Source of the DNA: Ginglymostoma cirratum
Taxonomy: Eukaryota
Reading direction: 5' to 3'
Assembly (NCBI GenBank): GCA_024137785.1
Contig: JAHRHZ010000066.1
Location: forward strand, 2,725,880 to 2,789,879
Length of the DNA: 64,000 nt
The position numbers and the translations under genes were made by a program. The notes under the pieces are model-generated. The model was not told the origin of the DNA. It did not search any database and worked only from the letters and a program-made list of their open reading frames with translations. This document shows, piece by piece, positions 50,056 through 63,968 of the stretch. Within the stretch, counting starts at the first letter, position 1. Each line of letters opens with the position of its first letter.

Positions 50056-53000
50056 GCCTGGTAAGGCGGCCTGGTAAGAGGTCATGGACGTGAAACATTA
50101 AATATGTTTCTCTTGCCACAGATGATCTCTGACCTGCTGAGTACTTAGACCAGTTTCTGCTTTTAAAGCTACGTTAAAACGACAATGTCACAAATCCAGC
50201 TTCAACGATAGCTTACACCCCAAGTGGTTATGATGAAAAAATCTTCTGAGTTCAAGAAAATGCTCCTCATCCACCTTTTTAGTCAATGCATCAGGTGGGT
50301 TTTAGTGAGAGAGCAGACCTAAATTGTTCAATAAAGGAGCCACTCTAGTGGACCTCAACTATTCATGAGAGGGTTCCACTGAGCTATTTTTCACAAGTGT
50401 ACTTTCCAAAAGTGTCACGCAATTATTCTGACCAAAACTCTTCCAACCATCATACAAAGGAACTGGCTGGAGTAAATTTCACAAATTGCGTCAGCGTCAC
50501 TTGTTTCACTTCAAGTAATTCCTTGTTGTTCATTTTATTAAAACAAAATCATGTCATCAGTTCAAGTCTGTAAACAGAACTACTGTCAATGATCGCATTA
50601 ACTGTTTTTGGATAGACTGCAAGAGAAAAAGGATTGATTCTGACTGGGATGGATTTGCTGGTTAAACAACTGACCATTCCATGCAGTCACACAGAACGTC
50701 GGGTCTGAATTTAACCAGAAATTGGTAGTGTCAATTTTCACAAGCTTCATGAAGGATCTCTCTCTGTGTGAACCCTTGTGAGTTTTCCCACTACTTTCTC
50801 TTAAACTCACCTCATTACCTATCCGCCTCTAACACCTCTTTGATGTTCCACTTGTCCTATCTACCCTCTCACCACAGAAATTCATACTTGCCACAACTGG
50901 GATATCCACGATCCCTCCACCAGAACATGTACAAAGCGTGGCTTTGAAAAAAAATCAAATGCTGCTAGCCAGGAGTCACTCTTCACCATGCATTAATTGG
51001 GGAGGGGGGGGGGGGTGGGGGCACAAGGCAAAAAGAAATGCATCCCAGGACAGACAAGTGGCATGTCTCTCACTTCACTCCAAACGCAAGTGCACATTCA
51101 CACTGACACCCATCAAAGTGCTGGTTGCGACCATCATACCAACTCCCCTGCCCGCCCCCAACATTGTACTGAAGGACACTGCTTAATAATCACTATTATT
51201 ACCACTTTATACGCTCGGTTGTCCCCAGTCACAATTCTTGCCTGTCTGCATCTCAACATGCTGCCTCCAATCACCACAACGGACTTCCCCAAATTCCTCA
51301 CTGCAGCAGTGGCTCCGCGTAATCCTCCTTGACTTTCATTACATTGACCCGCAGCACGGACAGGGGCCTACCCCTTGATTTCAAAGGACAGCTGACTGAT
51401 GACTGACCAGGCACCTGACTGATCTGTGTGCAGCTCCCTGACTGGTCATACTTGATCTTCAGGACTGACTGTGGCCCACTACCTATTGTAAAGGTACAGG
51501 CACCCTGTCCCTAACCACCCTAAATGGCTGACTGACCATGTCCCAGTCTCTGGACTGACAGCAGATAATGTCCTTGACAAATAGAAATTGCTAGAGAAAC
51601 TCAGCAGGTCTGGCAGCATCTGCGGGGGTTAAAGCAGAGTTAATGTTTCGAGTAGAGTGACCCTACATCAGAATGTCTGTCCTCAACTTACTGTGCTGGG
51701 ACCCACCAGACTAAAGGCTGTGTACCTTGGACCGACGATTACTTCCCATTGACTATGAGAGATGGCCAATTGCTGCAGTGTGTTTACTGTGTAAGCTGCT
51801 GAAACATGGTACAGGTGTGAGATTGACATAGTATGTTGCCACACAATTAAATGTCCACCCACTTGCCAACATTAAACCTCCCTGGTTTTGGACTGCAATA
51901 AGCAGCAAGGCAGATGTACTGCAAGACTTTAAGCTCTGGTTGGAAAGTCAAGGTGCAAAAAGGCAAGGCAAGGCAAGGAAGAGATACTGTGAGCATCCAA
52001 GTCAGCACGAAGTGAGTGAATGCCAACAGAGTGGCCGAGCAGACTTCAGAAGCAGCCTGGTCTAATCCACGATCTGGGTGCCTGTATCTATGCGCAAAGT
52101 GTCCTGACTGAAACATTACCACAAAAATACAACAGTAAAGTGCTGGACGGTTAATGTAAATTGATTGGAGATGTACCGCGGGGATGCAGTAAGGCTGGTA
52201 CATTTGGTGCCAACAGTCGTGAACAATGGGGAGGTAGTGTGGCGAGTTGAAGTGTGCCCAATGACGTTTGGGATTGCTACCAGAGATCAAGGTCCAGAGG
52301 AGCAAGTAGTGAGCTGGACTTGCCAGGCACCCGTTCTGCCTTCCACATGTGGAATTGTCACTGTCTGGTTTCTATCCAATGGATCGCAGAATTGAAACTG
52401 CACATAAATTGAGGTGAGATTAGGCAATAATACCATGCTGAGTCAGGGAAATAGATGCAAATACCACCCTTGTCACTCACCAGCCAGATTCTCATCTTGC
52501 CACGCAAAACTTGTTTGGAGAATCCAATTTAATGTCAAGGATCTAATTCCCACTGATCTCATCCTATTTTCCCAACAGACCCACAAATGACGGGTTGGAA
52601 AGATTCTATCTGAACACCCTGAAACAGGCCATTTGGCCCAACTAATCTATGCCAACACTGGGTGGCTACTAGGATGAAGTAACAGAGGTGCCGAAAGAAG
52701 CTTTGTTTTTAGAAGAGAAGCTAAAAAAAAATTGGAAACAGCCTTTGCAACGTATGTGTAATGTCAAACGTCATTGTACCCTCATATTATATGCAATATA
52801 ATAACCACAGAATTTACAAGCCATGTTTACATTCTCCCACTGTTCCCAATCCTTGTACAGTAAAATACTTCAGCGCAAACATATTTTCAATTTCATAAGT
52901 GATACAAATGTGCTGGCACTATCCAAAGTGCAAAATCAGCTTAATTCTGCATGGTCTGACCTACTGAAATGAGCCAGAAAACAATTTGAGCTTTATTACA

Positions 53001-53989
53001 GACCACCTAATCAGCAGGATTTATTGAGACTACTTAAAGTTGCTGTTTAAAAGAATATCGTGGGGATTCCAACACTTAAGAACCCCATGATTATAAAGAA
53101 ATCAATGGTAAAAAGTAGATATCAGGTTTTACTATCTGGCTTTTAATCCAGTAAACCCTCAGCTTGTTGAACAGCCAAGGCATGAAAAGTGCATTCAAAT
53201 CAATCTGTGAAGTCTAATATAGCTTCAGAAACAGAGAATACTGACAGACTAATAAGTGAGGAAATTGTGGTTTTCTAGTATAAAATGATGGAACTGTCCC
53301 TTTTTAAGAGATCAAAAACTTACTCTGATTACAAACTGCAGTTCAGATTGAATGGCGTCACATGTTTAACATCAGTGACATTTGTAAATGCCTTTCCTAC
53401 TGAGAGGATTTGTTCTCATCTAGAGAACCAGAAACAAAAAGTTTCCCTTCGCAGAGTGCTTTTTGAATGCTATCGACAGGGGAATCGATTCATCAAACTG
53501 CTAACTCGAAGAGGGCCCACATAAACTGCAGGAATTTCAGCTTTAAATTCAAAACAGGTAAAAACAAGGCACAATAACGGAACATCCCAAAAGCACAAGA
53601 TTCTGCTTGCTCTCAATATAAGTCGTCACTGGGATTTCAGCTCCACCCCGTAACGAAGAGTTTATTTTCTGATACCTTTAACGTTATTAAATTGGAATTT
53701 CAACTATTTCTACAGATCAATCAGCTTTGCAGAGCTCCACGTATTTCATGCTCCTTCAGACCAATATAGTCTGTAAAAGCGTCTACAAATAGTCTGAGCA
53801 ATGGTATCCTTCAAACATGTGCAGTGTGAACTTTTCGATGCAAATGTCTGGCCAATTACTACAGCTGATCAGATCTATCTGTCGTGGTATCAGCTTAGAA
53901 AAAACATTTTCCCTCTTGTAGCGTCCATCTAATTCTTGCTCTTGCTTCTCTTGATCAAAGGAGCTGATGCTACAAATTTAGAAGTAAAT

Positions 53990-55250
53990 GCACGGCGTAC
54001 TCACTGCAGCTGAACTCGGAACGCGGTGTATTTCACGCCACGCACCACACTCAGAAGAGAAGCCTATTCCTCTCCATTAACAATCAACAGTAGACTGAAT
54101 GGTCTGAAGCAAACATTCAGAAATCGAGAATCTTGTCCTGCGGACTTCAAGTCTTTATTCGATTTTCAAACGGGGCTCTCCGGGCATGAAATTCACAGGC
54201 TGTTTGCCTTCCTCCCACGTGGTGTCGGATAACACGCCAAAGATTCCCCAGCCCGGTGTCAGTTCGAAAGCTGATCTTCAGTTTTGTAAGGAGGTGTGCA
54301 TCACTGGCACGCTGTAATCAACAGTTTGATCCGACACTATCAAATCATTTGAAAACAAGCTGCTTTGATCGAACTCATCCTCAACTGGCTTGTACTTTGG
54401 CTGTTGTTGCCCGAGGTGGGTTTTTTTTCCCCGCAAAGAAACAGCTTGGACGGTGCAGTCCGAGCTGGGCGAGATAACAAGGCTTCGGTGGGGATTAGAA
54501 TTTCACGCAGTCATCAAGGAAGGGCCTTTCGCTAAAATAAAATGTCACTGGAGATGGCTGCAGTGTGCAAAGCTTGATGGACTGTGGGACTATAATCAAC
54601 ACTTCGAATGAGTGCTCAATTTGCAATGGGACCCAGTTCCTGGCCTCTGTAGTACAGAACTGTTTATTTTAACTGCACTAAGAACGGCAAACAGACAGCC
54701 TGTCTTGGAGTTCTGCAGACCCAACTGCGGCAATTTAATAGCCTCCAGACCTCAGTCAAGGATTCTGTTACTAATAAGAACAATACTGAGACTATACTCC
54801 ATTTCCTCCAAAAGAGGTGTCTGGACACACATCCACACTTATGTCAGTCTAACTGGGATGATTTACACTTCCCCAGTGCGTGAGTTTAAATTAGACAGCT
54901 CCCTTCAAGCGCAACAGGGTCGATATTGCATTACAGTCACGGCAGAGCATCAACTTCCCTAATGCCTGTCCAGGGCAGCCAGTGTTTTTTTTTGTCCTTT
55001 TAACGGAGATTACTAAAGTTTAACCACTTTTCTCTTTGTTGCCATAACATGCCGTGGGGCGGGTGGGGGCGTTAAAAGCTGCTCTCCCAGACTTCATCAT
55101 TACAAGTGGCAGGTTGTTAATCCAGCCCTTGGGTCAGGCTTAGTTTATCTTTTACTGCCAAAGTCCTTTACAAAGTTCAACAGGCAAAAGCTACAGTTCC
55201 TCCCCCACCCCCCTCCCCCCAAAAAGGAAGGGACGACATTTCTTCAATAA
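53990..55250 (-). promoter_or_regulatory. Candidate CpG-enriched internal promoter / non-coding alternative first exon
   Basis: Local CpG excess, GC box ggggcggg near 55056, no recognisable repeat, and a minus-strand donor GCA|gtgagt at 54004. Function is inferred only. Confidence 0.35.
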
Positions 55251-58200
55251 ATCAAGATGCTTTCTGTTGCCAGCTCCTGTCTCTGGTAAGCCATTCATTT
55301 CATTTTTCTTTCACAACGTTAAAGCGATGAGGTCAGGTATCAGTCCTACTGAGGTTTGGTTTCCACATGATAACTTTTCTTAATGGGTCAGCCAGGGACA
55401 ACTTGACTGTGAAACTAAAGGTACAGGAGGTGCTGGAATGTGTTTGCATTATGGCAAGCAGAACATCTGCCATAGTGATAACTTCTCAGTTTCTGTTTCA
55501 ACTTTCAGTGCAGAATATTCTTGAGGTGATGGGGATCTCCTCGGCCATGTGGCGAGAGATCCATACTGACTCCTTTAGGTAGCGCCTTCCAAATCAACTG
55601 CTACCAAGTTACTAATACACCCTCTCTTGGGATCAAGAGCCCGGAGGCCAGTCTCCTAGCCAGGTAAGAGATGTTAGCCAGAGGCCAGCAAAGCCACGGA
55701 GGGGAGCTTGTCTGTCTTGCTGGAAGACCCCCAGCATCAGGGTGGGGATCAAGGAGCAAGGTTTGAGGAGGGAGGGCTTCTAGGATTCAGGATAATAGGG
55801 AGAAAGGGCAGAGTGCAAGAGGTAAGGGAAGGAGACTGGCTCTCAGTAGATACATGTCCAGTTCCTCACTCGTGCACTGGTTGCCTTTGATGGAGGGCGC
55901 TCCCCCTTCCCTCCTCTGTCAGGCACACCGTATGTCAGGCCCACTTGCAGCTGGGTTAATCCCAGCAGGACGAGGCTCAGATACTCCAGTCGGCTTTCGG
56001 GGTCTAGTTAGCAGCGGGACAGGAAGCTCAACCTTGAACCTTCACACCTCCAGACAACTGAAGTGGATGCAAGGAGGTGGTATTGGACTCTGGATCTCCA
56101 GCAATATGATTGGCCCTTTATTGTCCTCTGAAATGGCTTTGGAAGTCAAAAAAAAAACTCATCACCACCTTCTTACAGCTATGCAATAAATGCTGGTCTT
56201 ATCAGGGAAAGCAAAGTTCCATGAACAAATGGAGAAGGGGAAGAAATTGAAACAATTAAAAGTAAATATGAAAGCAGTACAGTTGTTATTGCTGCCCAAA
56301 TCAAAAACAGGATAAGGCAGTTCAGTGCATGATACTGTGACTCAAGTTCTACTGCAATTCTATCCTCCCACCATTTCAGGAGATGTTTAATGCATTCATA
56401 TGACATTCCTCTATCTCACATTTTAGTGTCACAGTCATTCCTTTTATAGTAAACCCCCACTAAAACAATGGACAGAGAAATATCAGACCAGCATGTTAAA
56501 TATTTTATCACCACTGGTTATTTTTAACTTTGTGCTTTAACAGCCTAAGTTTAAAAATGTCGAAATGCAGCAACACATTGGTCAGCATGCAGAAAGGGCA
56601 GACTCAAGTATTTTAATTCACTCATGGGACATGGGCATCGCTGGCTGGTCAGTATTTATTGCCTGTTCCTCAAGAAGGTGGTGGTGAGCTGCCTGTTGAA
56701 TTACTGCAGTCCATGTGCTGCAGGTACACCCACAATATTTTTATTGTTTTGATCGGGGATACATAATCTTTCATCAGAAATCACTTCTAAGATTCTGGTT
56801 AGAATGACATTTATGTCCCTGTCCCTAAAACGTTGTTGACTTAAAACAGCTGAATGATCATTTCTTTAATCTATTAAAGCCCTAAAATTGCTGAGCAACT
56901 GTGTGGCCTGGAATCAGGCAGAGTCTTGAAAGTCAGCGAGTTATGTATGTTCAATATATTGGTAATTAATATTACTACTGTATGTGTGTGTTTTTGGTGG
57001 GGTTGGGGTATGAGGGTACAGAGGGACCAAGATATGATTTAAACAGGAACACCAGAATTTTACATTTGAGGCTTCTGGAGAATCAGAAATTGATACACTT
57101 TGGAAAACATGTTGAAGTTTGGATGAGTTGACAATTTTCACAGTCGGGAAACAAGAACCTGGATCGAGATACATTAAAACAGTTCAGTGGCAAAGCCAAC
57201 TACTGCTAAAAGCAAAAGTTAAACATTATCACTTATTATGTCCCAATTTTGACAAATTGAATAATTAGCAATGCATGATGGGATACAATTAAAGAGCTCA
57301 ATTCTCTCCATTGAGCATCCCAGTGCATCAAATCAAACTAATTTAACATCGTGGCAAATCATTGTCAGGGTCAAATCAGCGTCATTTTTATCTTAATGGT
57401 GTTGTAGATAGGTTTTACGTTCAACTGGATCATTTAAATTATTCAGAACTATGATAAGCTTAGTGAATCCCTAGTGGGCAATGTTTGATGTGGCTGTCAC
57501 AATTTACAAGCTCACACATTAGATATTTCCTCAAGGTGAGCACAGTTGGTCACTCCTATCGGAGTATTTCAACTCTTTTACAACTCAGATTGCACCCTTT
57601 TCTGCACTGTATCTGTGTAAACATTTAAAGTCAAGGATTATAGCAGAGAATGTTACTCTTTAATATTTTGTAAGATATCATGTCATTATCTTATCCGAAA
57701 ACAGGAAAATTAAACGGAAACATCACTTCAACAAGACAAAGTATAGCTTTGGACCATCAACTGGTTTACTTTCATAGCACGCATGTACAGTAGATATTTT
57801 TCAGTGGTTTCTTTGTTTTCCACAGTCATGGGAAATAACAATAAGAAGGACCTCCACAATGTGTTCAGCTTCTTGAGTTTACCTTTCAATATTCATGTCT
57901 GTGAGTACTGTTGCATTGAGTCCAAAGAGAGGTGCAAAAGGTGGACAGAGAGATAGAGGTGGAGTTAAAAGGGGGATGGGGTGTCGGGGGAGTGGGGTTG
58001 CTGGCTGGAAGGACATCCATAAAAATCTTCTTTTGTGTTCTCTGATGTCCACAAGATGAGAGTCGGGCCACTGAAGTGTCGACCAATACTACTAGCTTAA
58101 ACAGGACCTCAGATCTTTCATTTGCCTTAAGTACCAAATGAAGCCTCCCCTGCTGTACAACTCTAGTTGAGTGACTTATTGAAAACCTCAGGTATCCCAA

Positions 58201-58613
58201 GCAGCAATCCTCTCACAATGGTCTGAAATGCTGGCTTGCTCTCTCTCCATGGATGCAGACTGACCTGCTGTGATTTCCTGCATTTTTTGTTTACAGACTG
58301 AATTATTTACAGTTATACATAATTAGTCCACCTCTGTAGACAAGTTCACGTGCCAAATTGTTGATGCTGAAACAAGCACCCAATGTTGAGATAACATGCT
58401 GGAAAGTAGCCTCGAGATTTAACTCCTGATAATATTTTATATTAGATCCACTTAAAGTTTAAAAAGTTCAACTCAAACAACCAATACAAAATCCAGTCAG
58501 TCAGTCAGTGATACACAGTGAAAAGTTCAATTTCAGTCCTTTGATGACTTACATACTCACAGCTGAGACACCAGTTCAAATCTCTGAGCTAAAGAAGGTT
58601 AAAATAGACTACA

Positions 58614-59856
58614 AGGTTGAGGTTGTAGACATGCTCGCCGAGCCGGTGGGTTTGGTTGCAAATGTTTCATCACCCTGCTCGGTAACAATGTCAGTGTGGT
58701 GCAGTGGCATTCCGGAACACCAATGGGATCCCCAATATCAGGACTGATTGCAGAAGCAGTAATGCAAAGGTTAGAACGGACAGTGCTCCCCACTATACAA
58801 CGCCAACTTTGGGTCCGATACGTAGATGACACGTTTGTGATTATCAAACACGCAAAACACAAAGAAACCTACAAAAACATCAACAACATCCTTACCAGGA
58901 TAAAATTCATGAAAGAAGAAGAGAATAACAACTGACTACCCTTCCTGGACATAATGATAGAAAACAAAAACAACAGGGAACTCCAGACTAACGTACATAG
59001 AAAGACCACACATACAGACCAGATACTCAACTACACTAGAACCACCACAATGACCACAAATGGAGCTGCATCAGGACACTATTTAAATGAGCCACAACAC
59101 ATTGCAGCAATCCAGAACTACGCAAAGCAGAACAGGAACACTTATACGGAGTCTTCAAAAGAAAGGGACCCCCGAAAAGCACAATCCGCCATTACCTCGG
59201 AGACAGACCATAACAGGAGGACATAACATGACCAGACTCACTAATCACTCCACCGTCCATCAAGGACGTTTCAGAGATGACCACAACATTACTCAGACCC
59301 CTAAGTATCAGAGTAGCCCACAAACCGATAACCACCCTTTGACAGCTACTGACGAACGTAAAGGATCCCATACCCAAAACTGGCAAAACCGGTGTAACAT
59401 ACAAAATGCCATGCAAGGACTGTGAGAAACATCACATAGACTAAACTGGAAGAAAAATGACTATACGGATACACAAACACCAACTAGCCACCAAGAGACA
59501 CGACCAATTTTCACTTGTCTCACTACACACGGAAAACGAGGGACACAAATTCGACTGGGACAACACATCGATAATCGCACAAGCCAAACAGAAACATACC
59601 AGGGAATTCCTGGAGGCCTGGTATTCCAACCGGAACTCTATCAACAAACACATCAAATTAGACCCTATGTACAAACCGCTGAAAAACAGAACCAGAAGTA
59701 ATACTGACCACCCCAGCAAACCGAGGCACATAAATAACAAGCGGGACAGAACACCGACACTTCACCGGAGGCGCACTGACGATGTTACTTTGCAGGGTGA
59801 CGAAACGTTTGCAACCAAACACAGTGGCTCTACAACCTCATCCACAACCCAAGCTA
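58614..59856 (+). mobile_element. Penelope-like element (Poseidon-like), 5'-truncated, with inverted pseudo-LTR
   Basis: RT motifs GTPMGSPISGLIAEAVM...WVRYVDDTF, LPFLD and VHRKTTHTDQILNY. GIY-YIG remnant GVTYKMPCKDC...TGRK...RIHKHQ...FLEAW. 58614-58696 is the reverse complement of the 3' terminus near 59775-59845. Contains stops and frameshifts. Confidence 0.92.
59772..59812 (+). ncRNA. Minimal hammerhead-ribozyme motif in Penelope pseudo-LTR
   Basis: gca-CTGACGA-t-gttac-tttgcagg-gtgac-GAAAC-GTT-tgc: intact core boxes, stem II, 3-bp stem I and palindromic AACGTT stem III. Confidence 0.65.
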
Positions 59857-60039
59857 AGTGACTTGCTGTAAATTGCACATGTAGTATACAGACTACAATG
59901 TCTTCCAAGGTCAAGTAGCCCACTGGCAATTATCTATCACTAAGTTGTCAGGAAAGAAAAATAGACAATTTCTAAGTTACCAGAAGATTTCAAGCACTGG
60001 TGAAATAGTACACAGCTTGATGTCTTCAGAAAAGGAGAA

Positions 60040-60740
60040 CAGCAACTGGTAAAATGACTTTTGAATTAGCCCCTTGGAGAAGGGAGTTCCAAATTTCCAT
60101 TGCTCATTGCGTAAAGAAATGTTTCCTGATGTCACCTGTAAATGGTCTTGGTCTTATTTTAAGATTTTGGTTTCTTGTTCTGGGAATCACCAACACTATT
60201 GAATTCCTTATCAATTTACACACCTGAATTGGATAATTGATAAACCTTTTGAAGTTAAGCTAAACTTGTGCAACTTGCCCTTCTAATTTATAACTTCAAA
60301 TTTTGGTACTAGCTTGCCAATTTATCTTTTTTTGAGGTCTGGTGTCTAATTAGCCTTCACAAAATCTCAATCAATTGGAGTCAGCTTACCAGTTTCCTCC
60401 CGTTTCTCATGCAGGATAAATTGTTGTTCCTTCTGAAATCTGGTATTCTTTCAATTCTGTCCTGATACATTTCACCTTTTTTTTTGTAAGATTGAGAGCA
60501 ATATCCCAGTTGGCGTCTGATCAAGACTTTACACACTTAAAGTATCACTTCTTCATATTAAATTTTGAACACAGACCACCCTTTAGTAAAATATCAACAT
60601 TCCTTGAGCCATTTTGATTACATTTTTGTGATCTGTATACAAACATATAAATCACTTTACTCTTCTACAGCTCCTTGTCTCTTATTATTAAGAAGATATC
60701 CTGATTTGTCTTTTCATAGATCCAAAGTGGATAAGCTAAC
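60040..60740 (-). mobile_element. Highly decayed CR1-clade LINE fragment
   Basis: Typical reverse-complement CR1 segments (agggagttcca...aaagaaatgtttcctgatgtcac; aatatcccagttggcgtctgatcaagacttt). Confidence 0.55.
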
Positions 60741-61689
60741 TCTTCCCCTCCAGCAAAAAAAATGAAATATCTAAATCCCATGATTTGTGTGTCAGCCTGC
60801 ATAGTGAAGACTATGCATAGTTGCTGCTACATATCGGGTTGAATTAGTGAATAAGATACAATGGTAAATATTTTCCAACACCACTAACATTATTGTAAAC
60901 AATTATGATCTTGATGCCACCAGCTTTATCAAGGATAGAAACTGTAAACTAAATTCAGACGGCCATTACTCAGAAAAGACAAGGGAAAGTGAAGCAGCTG
61001 TCCTGACTGACAAAAGAAAATTCTTCATCTGAATACTTGAAACAGTCTCCATGATTTGCATGTGGCTGTTTCACATTTGAAACTCTTTTTACTTAACCTT
61101 AGGGGTTTGCTGCACCTATATGTATAATCTAATGTATTTATCCATTGAATTTGACGTCAAATTTTTTGTAATTTGACCCTGGAACAAACAATACACATTT
61201 GAAAGACTTCTGACCTTGTCAGTTGTCTTACGGTCAGTCAGTTCAGCGTGATGTGTTATTACACTTGAGATGGCCCAGGTTTCAATGTTTGGCCTACACT
61301 GCAATGTCTATATTAGTTAATCTCAGAGGCAACAACAGCTGGGGGCCTCCAAAGGCCCCCAGAATTCTGATGCGATTTGAAGGTATATAGATTATTGTTG
61401 CTGTTCCAGTTCATCACTCTGCCAGTGAAGGGCTAAATGTGGATGAGGCTGCAATACCGGGTGGCCAAATAAACCCATGGACACTCAAAACTGAGACTTG
61501 TCAGTCAACACTGTTTGAACCATGCTGAGGTGGTTAAGGCAGCTATTAACGTAACTGGTCAGTCTTCACTATGCAGGTTGACACAAATCGTGGCTATCAG
61601 GATGGGTACTGAGAGAAATACCCCCAGCCAAGGAGCAATCCTCCCTTGCTAAACTATTGCAGAAGTCAACCATTACAGCAGACATCTGC

Positions 61690-62470
61690 TTTCTTACATT
61701 CTACCACAATCAAACCCGTTTAGAGCAAACAGGCTGTTCTCCTATTCTGCTAATCAGTATCAAATTAAGTACCTCTAATACATTCCCTGAATCGAGAGTT
61801 TTACGCATAATCGCATTGTATCAGACTTCAAACTTTTCACTGTCAATGTGAAGAGTCCAGGTTCCAAAACTGTTCTCTTGCGTATTATTCTTTGGCTCCT
61901 CAAATATTCCAGCTCTGCATCTTCCACTGTTCAGCTACACCTTTCCTGTCGTGAGAGGTCTGAAACTGCACACAATAATCCAGTGAGATCTGACCATCAT
62001 CCTGTACAGTGGCCAGAGGAAATCCGTCAATCCACACTCAATCTAACCAACATCGCTTACTTGACAGGTATCCGGCATTGATTTAACAGTCAAGCAAACA
62101 AGCTCCTACGTTTCCAGACCCCTTTCATCTTTTATCAGTATTTTCCCATTAATCCTATAATCTCTCTGCTTACTTCACATCCCCAAGAGCATAGTTCTAC
62201 ACTTATCTGCATTAAATAGCATCTGCCAATTGTCAGCCCACATAATTCAAGACGCCCTGCAGTTCGTTCCCATGTTTTACCACAGAAACCACCCTGTTGT
62301 TTTGCTGTCATCCACAAAGATCGAAGCAAAGCTACTGACCATCTCTGAGAAATTGGGAATGTCGGGCGCACTTAGATCAGATCTTCAATCCATAATCCTG
62401 GAAACGCAGCTTCTAATGTCACAATATTTACAGTATTCAGCCAGATATCAATGCACAGACAACAAGAACT
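61690..62470 (-). mobile_element. Highly decayed CR1-clade LINE fragment
   Basis: Minus-strand remnant FASIFVDDSKTTGW (RT ADD-like motif), plus further CR1-like segments downstream. Confidence 0.55.
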
Positions 62471-63497
62471 GGAGAGCAACTTAGCACAGAGAGTATTGAT
62501 AATCAAATAGCAACATTGCATAGCATGAAATGGCAAAATAATGGCTAATCAGCCACATTAATGCATTTGCAACAATCAGCTCTACAAATATTTACAATAA
62601 AAATATTTATTCAGGAAGATGGGTGGTATTGTGGTCATGTCACTGGACAGGTGATCCAGAGCCCTGGATTAAAATACCACCAGAGCTGCTGATGGAATTT
62701 AAATTCAATGAATGCATCTGGAATATAAAAACTAACCTCTGTAAATGGTGACAACGTTCATCGACTGTCACAAAAGTTCATCTGGTTCCTTAATGCCCTT
62801 AAGGGAAGGAAACCTGCCATTCTTGCTTGGTCTGACCCACATGTGACTCCAGATCCACAGTAATGTGGTTGACTCTTAACTGCTCTCTGGAATAGCCTGG
62901 CAAGCCACTTAATTCTTGGGAAGTTAGGGAAGGATAACAAATGACACCCACATCCATGGAGGAATCAAGAAAAATCACTTCACACTTGTTAAATATGGAT
63001 ACAAATTTTCATCTCTCATTGTTGCTCCTACCCATTGTCATGTACTAGTTTTAATGCACTTAAACGATTGACAATTTGAGCTTAGTTTAAACAATATAAT
63101 GGCACACACCATATTCTGAAGCAGTGACATATTTTCTAGTTTATCATCAACTCAGCTTAACAGCAAATACTGCATGCTGTCAGAATTGGAAATCCCAGTA
63201 TCTCACTGGATTCACAAAATATTTTAGACTGGAAAATTTAGTCCTTATAGTTGTCCTCTAAATCAAATGGTATTAGTTGGTGGGGCTAAACTTGAGGATC
63301 ATCTGTACAACAACAGCCTCGTTAACAGCAGTATGCATGTACTTAGTAGGGTAAGGTTCTGTCGGGCACTCTCCTTGATATCCTTGAGAAAGTGAAATAC
63401 CAATTAGATTGTGATAGGCCCAGTGACATGATGTACCTTGAACTACAATAGGATTAAAGTTCTAGACAAAAGGCCATTAAGCGAAAAGTGGAAAGGG

Positions 63498-63968
63498 AGA
63501 TAATAGGTACTGCAGATGCTGGAGAATCCGAGATAACAAGGCGTGGAGCTGGATGAACACAGCAGGCCAAGCAGCAAAGCTTGACGTTTTGGGCCTAGAC
63601 CCTTCATCAGAAATGGGGGAGGGGAAGAGGGTTCTGAAATAAATAGGGAGAGAGGGGGAGGCGGATAGAAGATGGATAGAGGAGAGGACAGGTGGAGAGG
63701 AGGCAGACAAGTCAAAGAGGCGGGGATGGAGCCAGTAAAGGTGAGTGTAGGTGGGGGGGTAGGGAGGAGATAGGTCAGTCCAGGGAGGACGGACAGGTCA
63801 AGGGGGCGGGATGATGTTAGTAGATAGGAGATGGGGGTGGGGCTTGAGGCAGGAGGAGGGGATAGGTGAGAGGAAGAACAGGTTAAGGAGGCGGGGACGA
63901 GCTGGGCTGGTTTTGGGATGCGGTTGGGGGAGGGGAGATTTTGAAGCTTGTGAAATCCACATTGATAC
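63498..63968 (-). mobile_element. Penelope-like element 3' terminus (same family as 9090)
   Basis: Aligns by eye with 9090-9465 and extends into the ORF end INVDFTSFKISPPPTASQNQPSSSPPP*. Hammerhead-like core CTGATGA-agggtctaggccc-AAAAC-GTC at 63610-63583. Confidence 0.88.
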
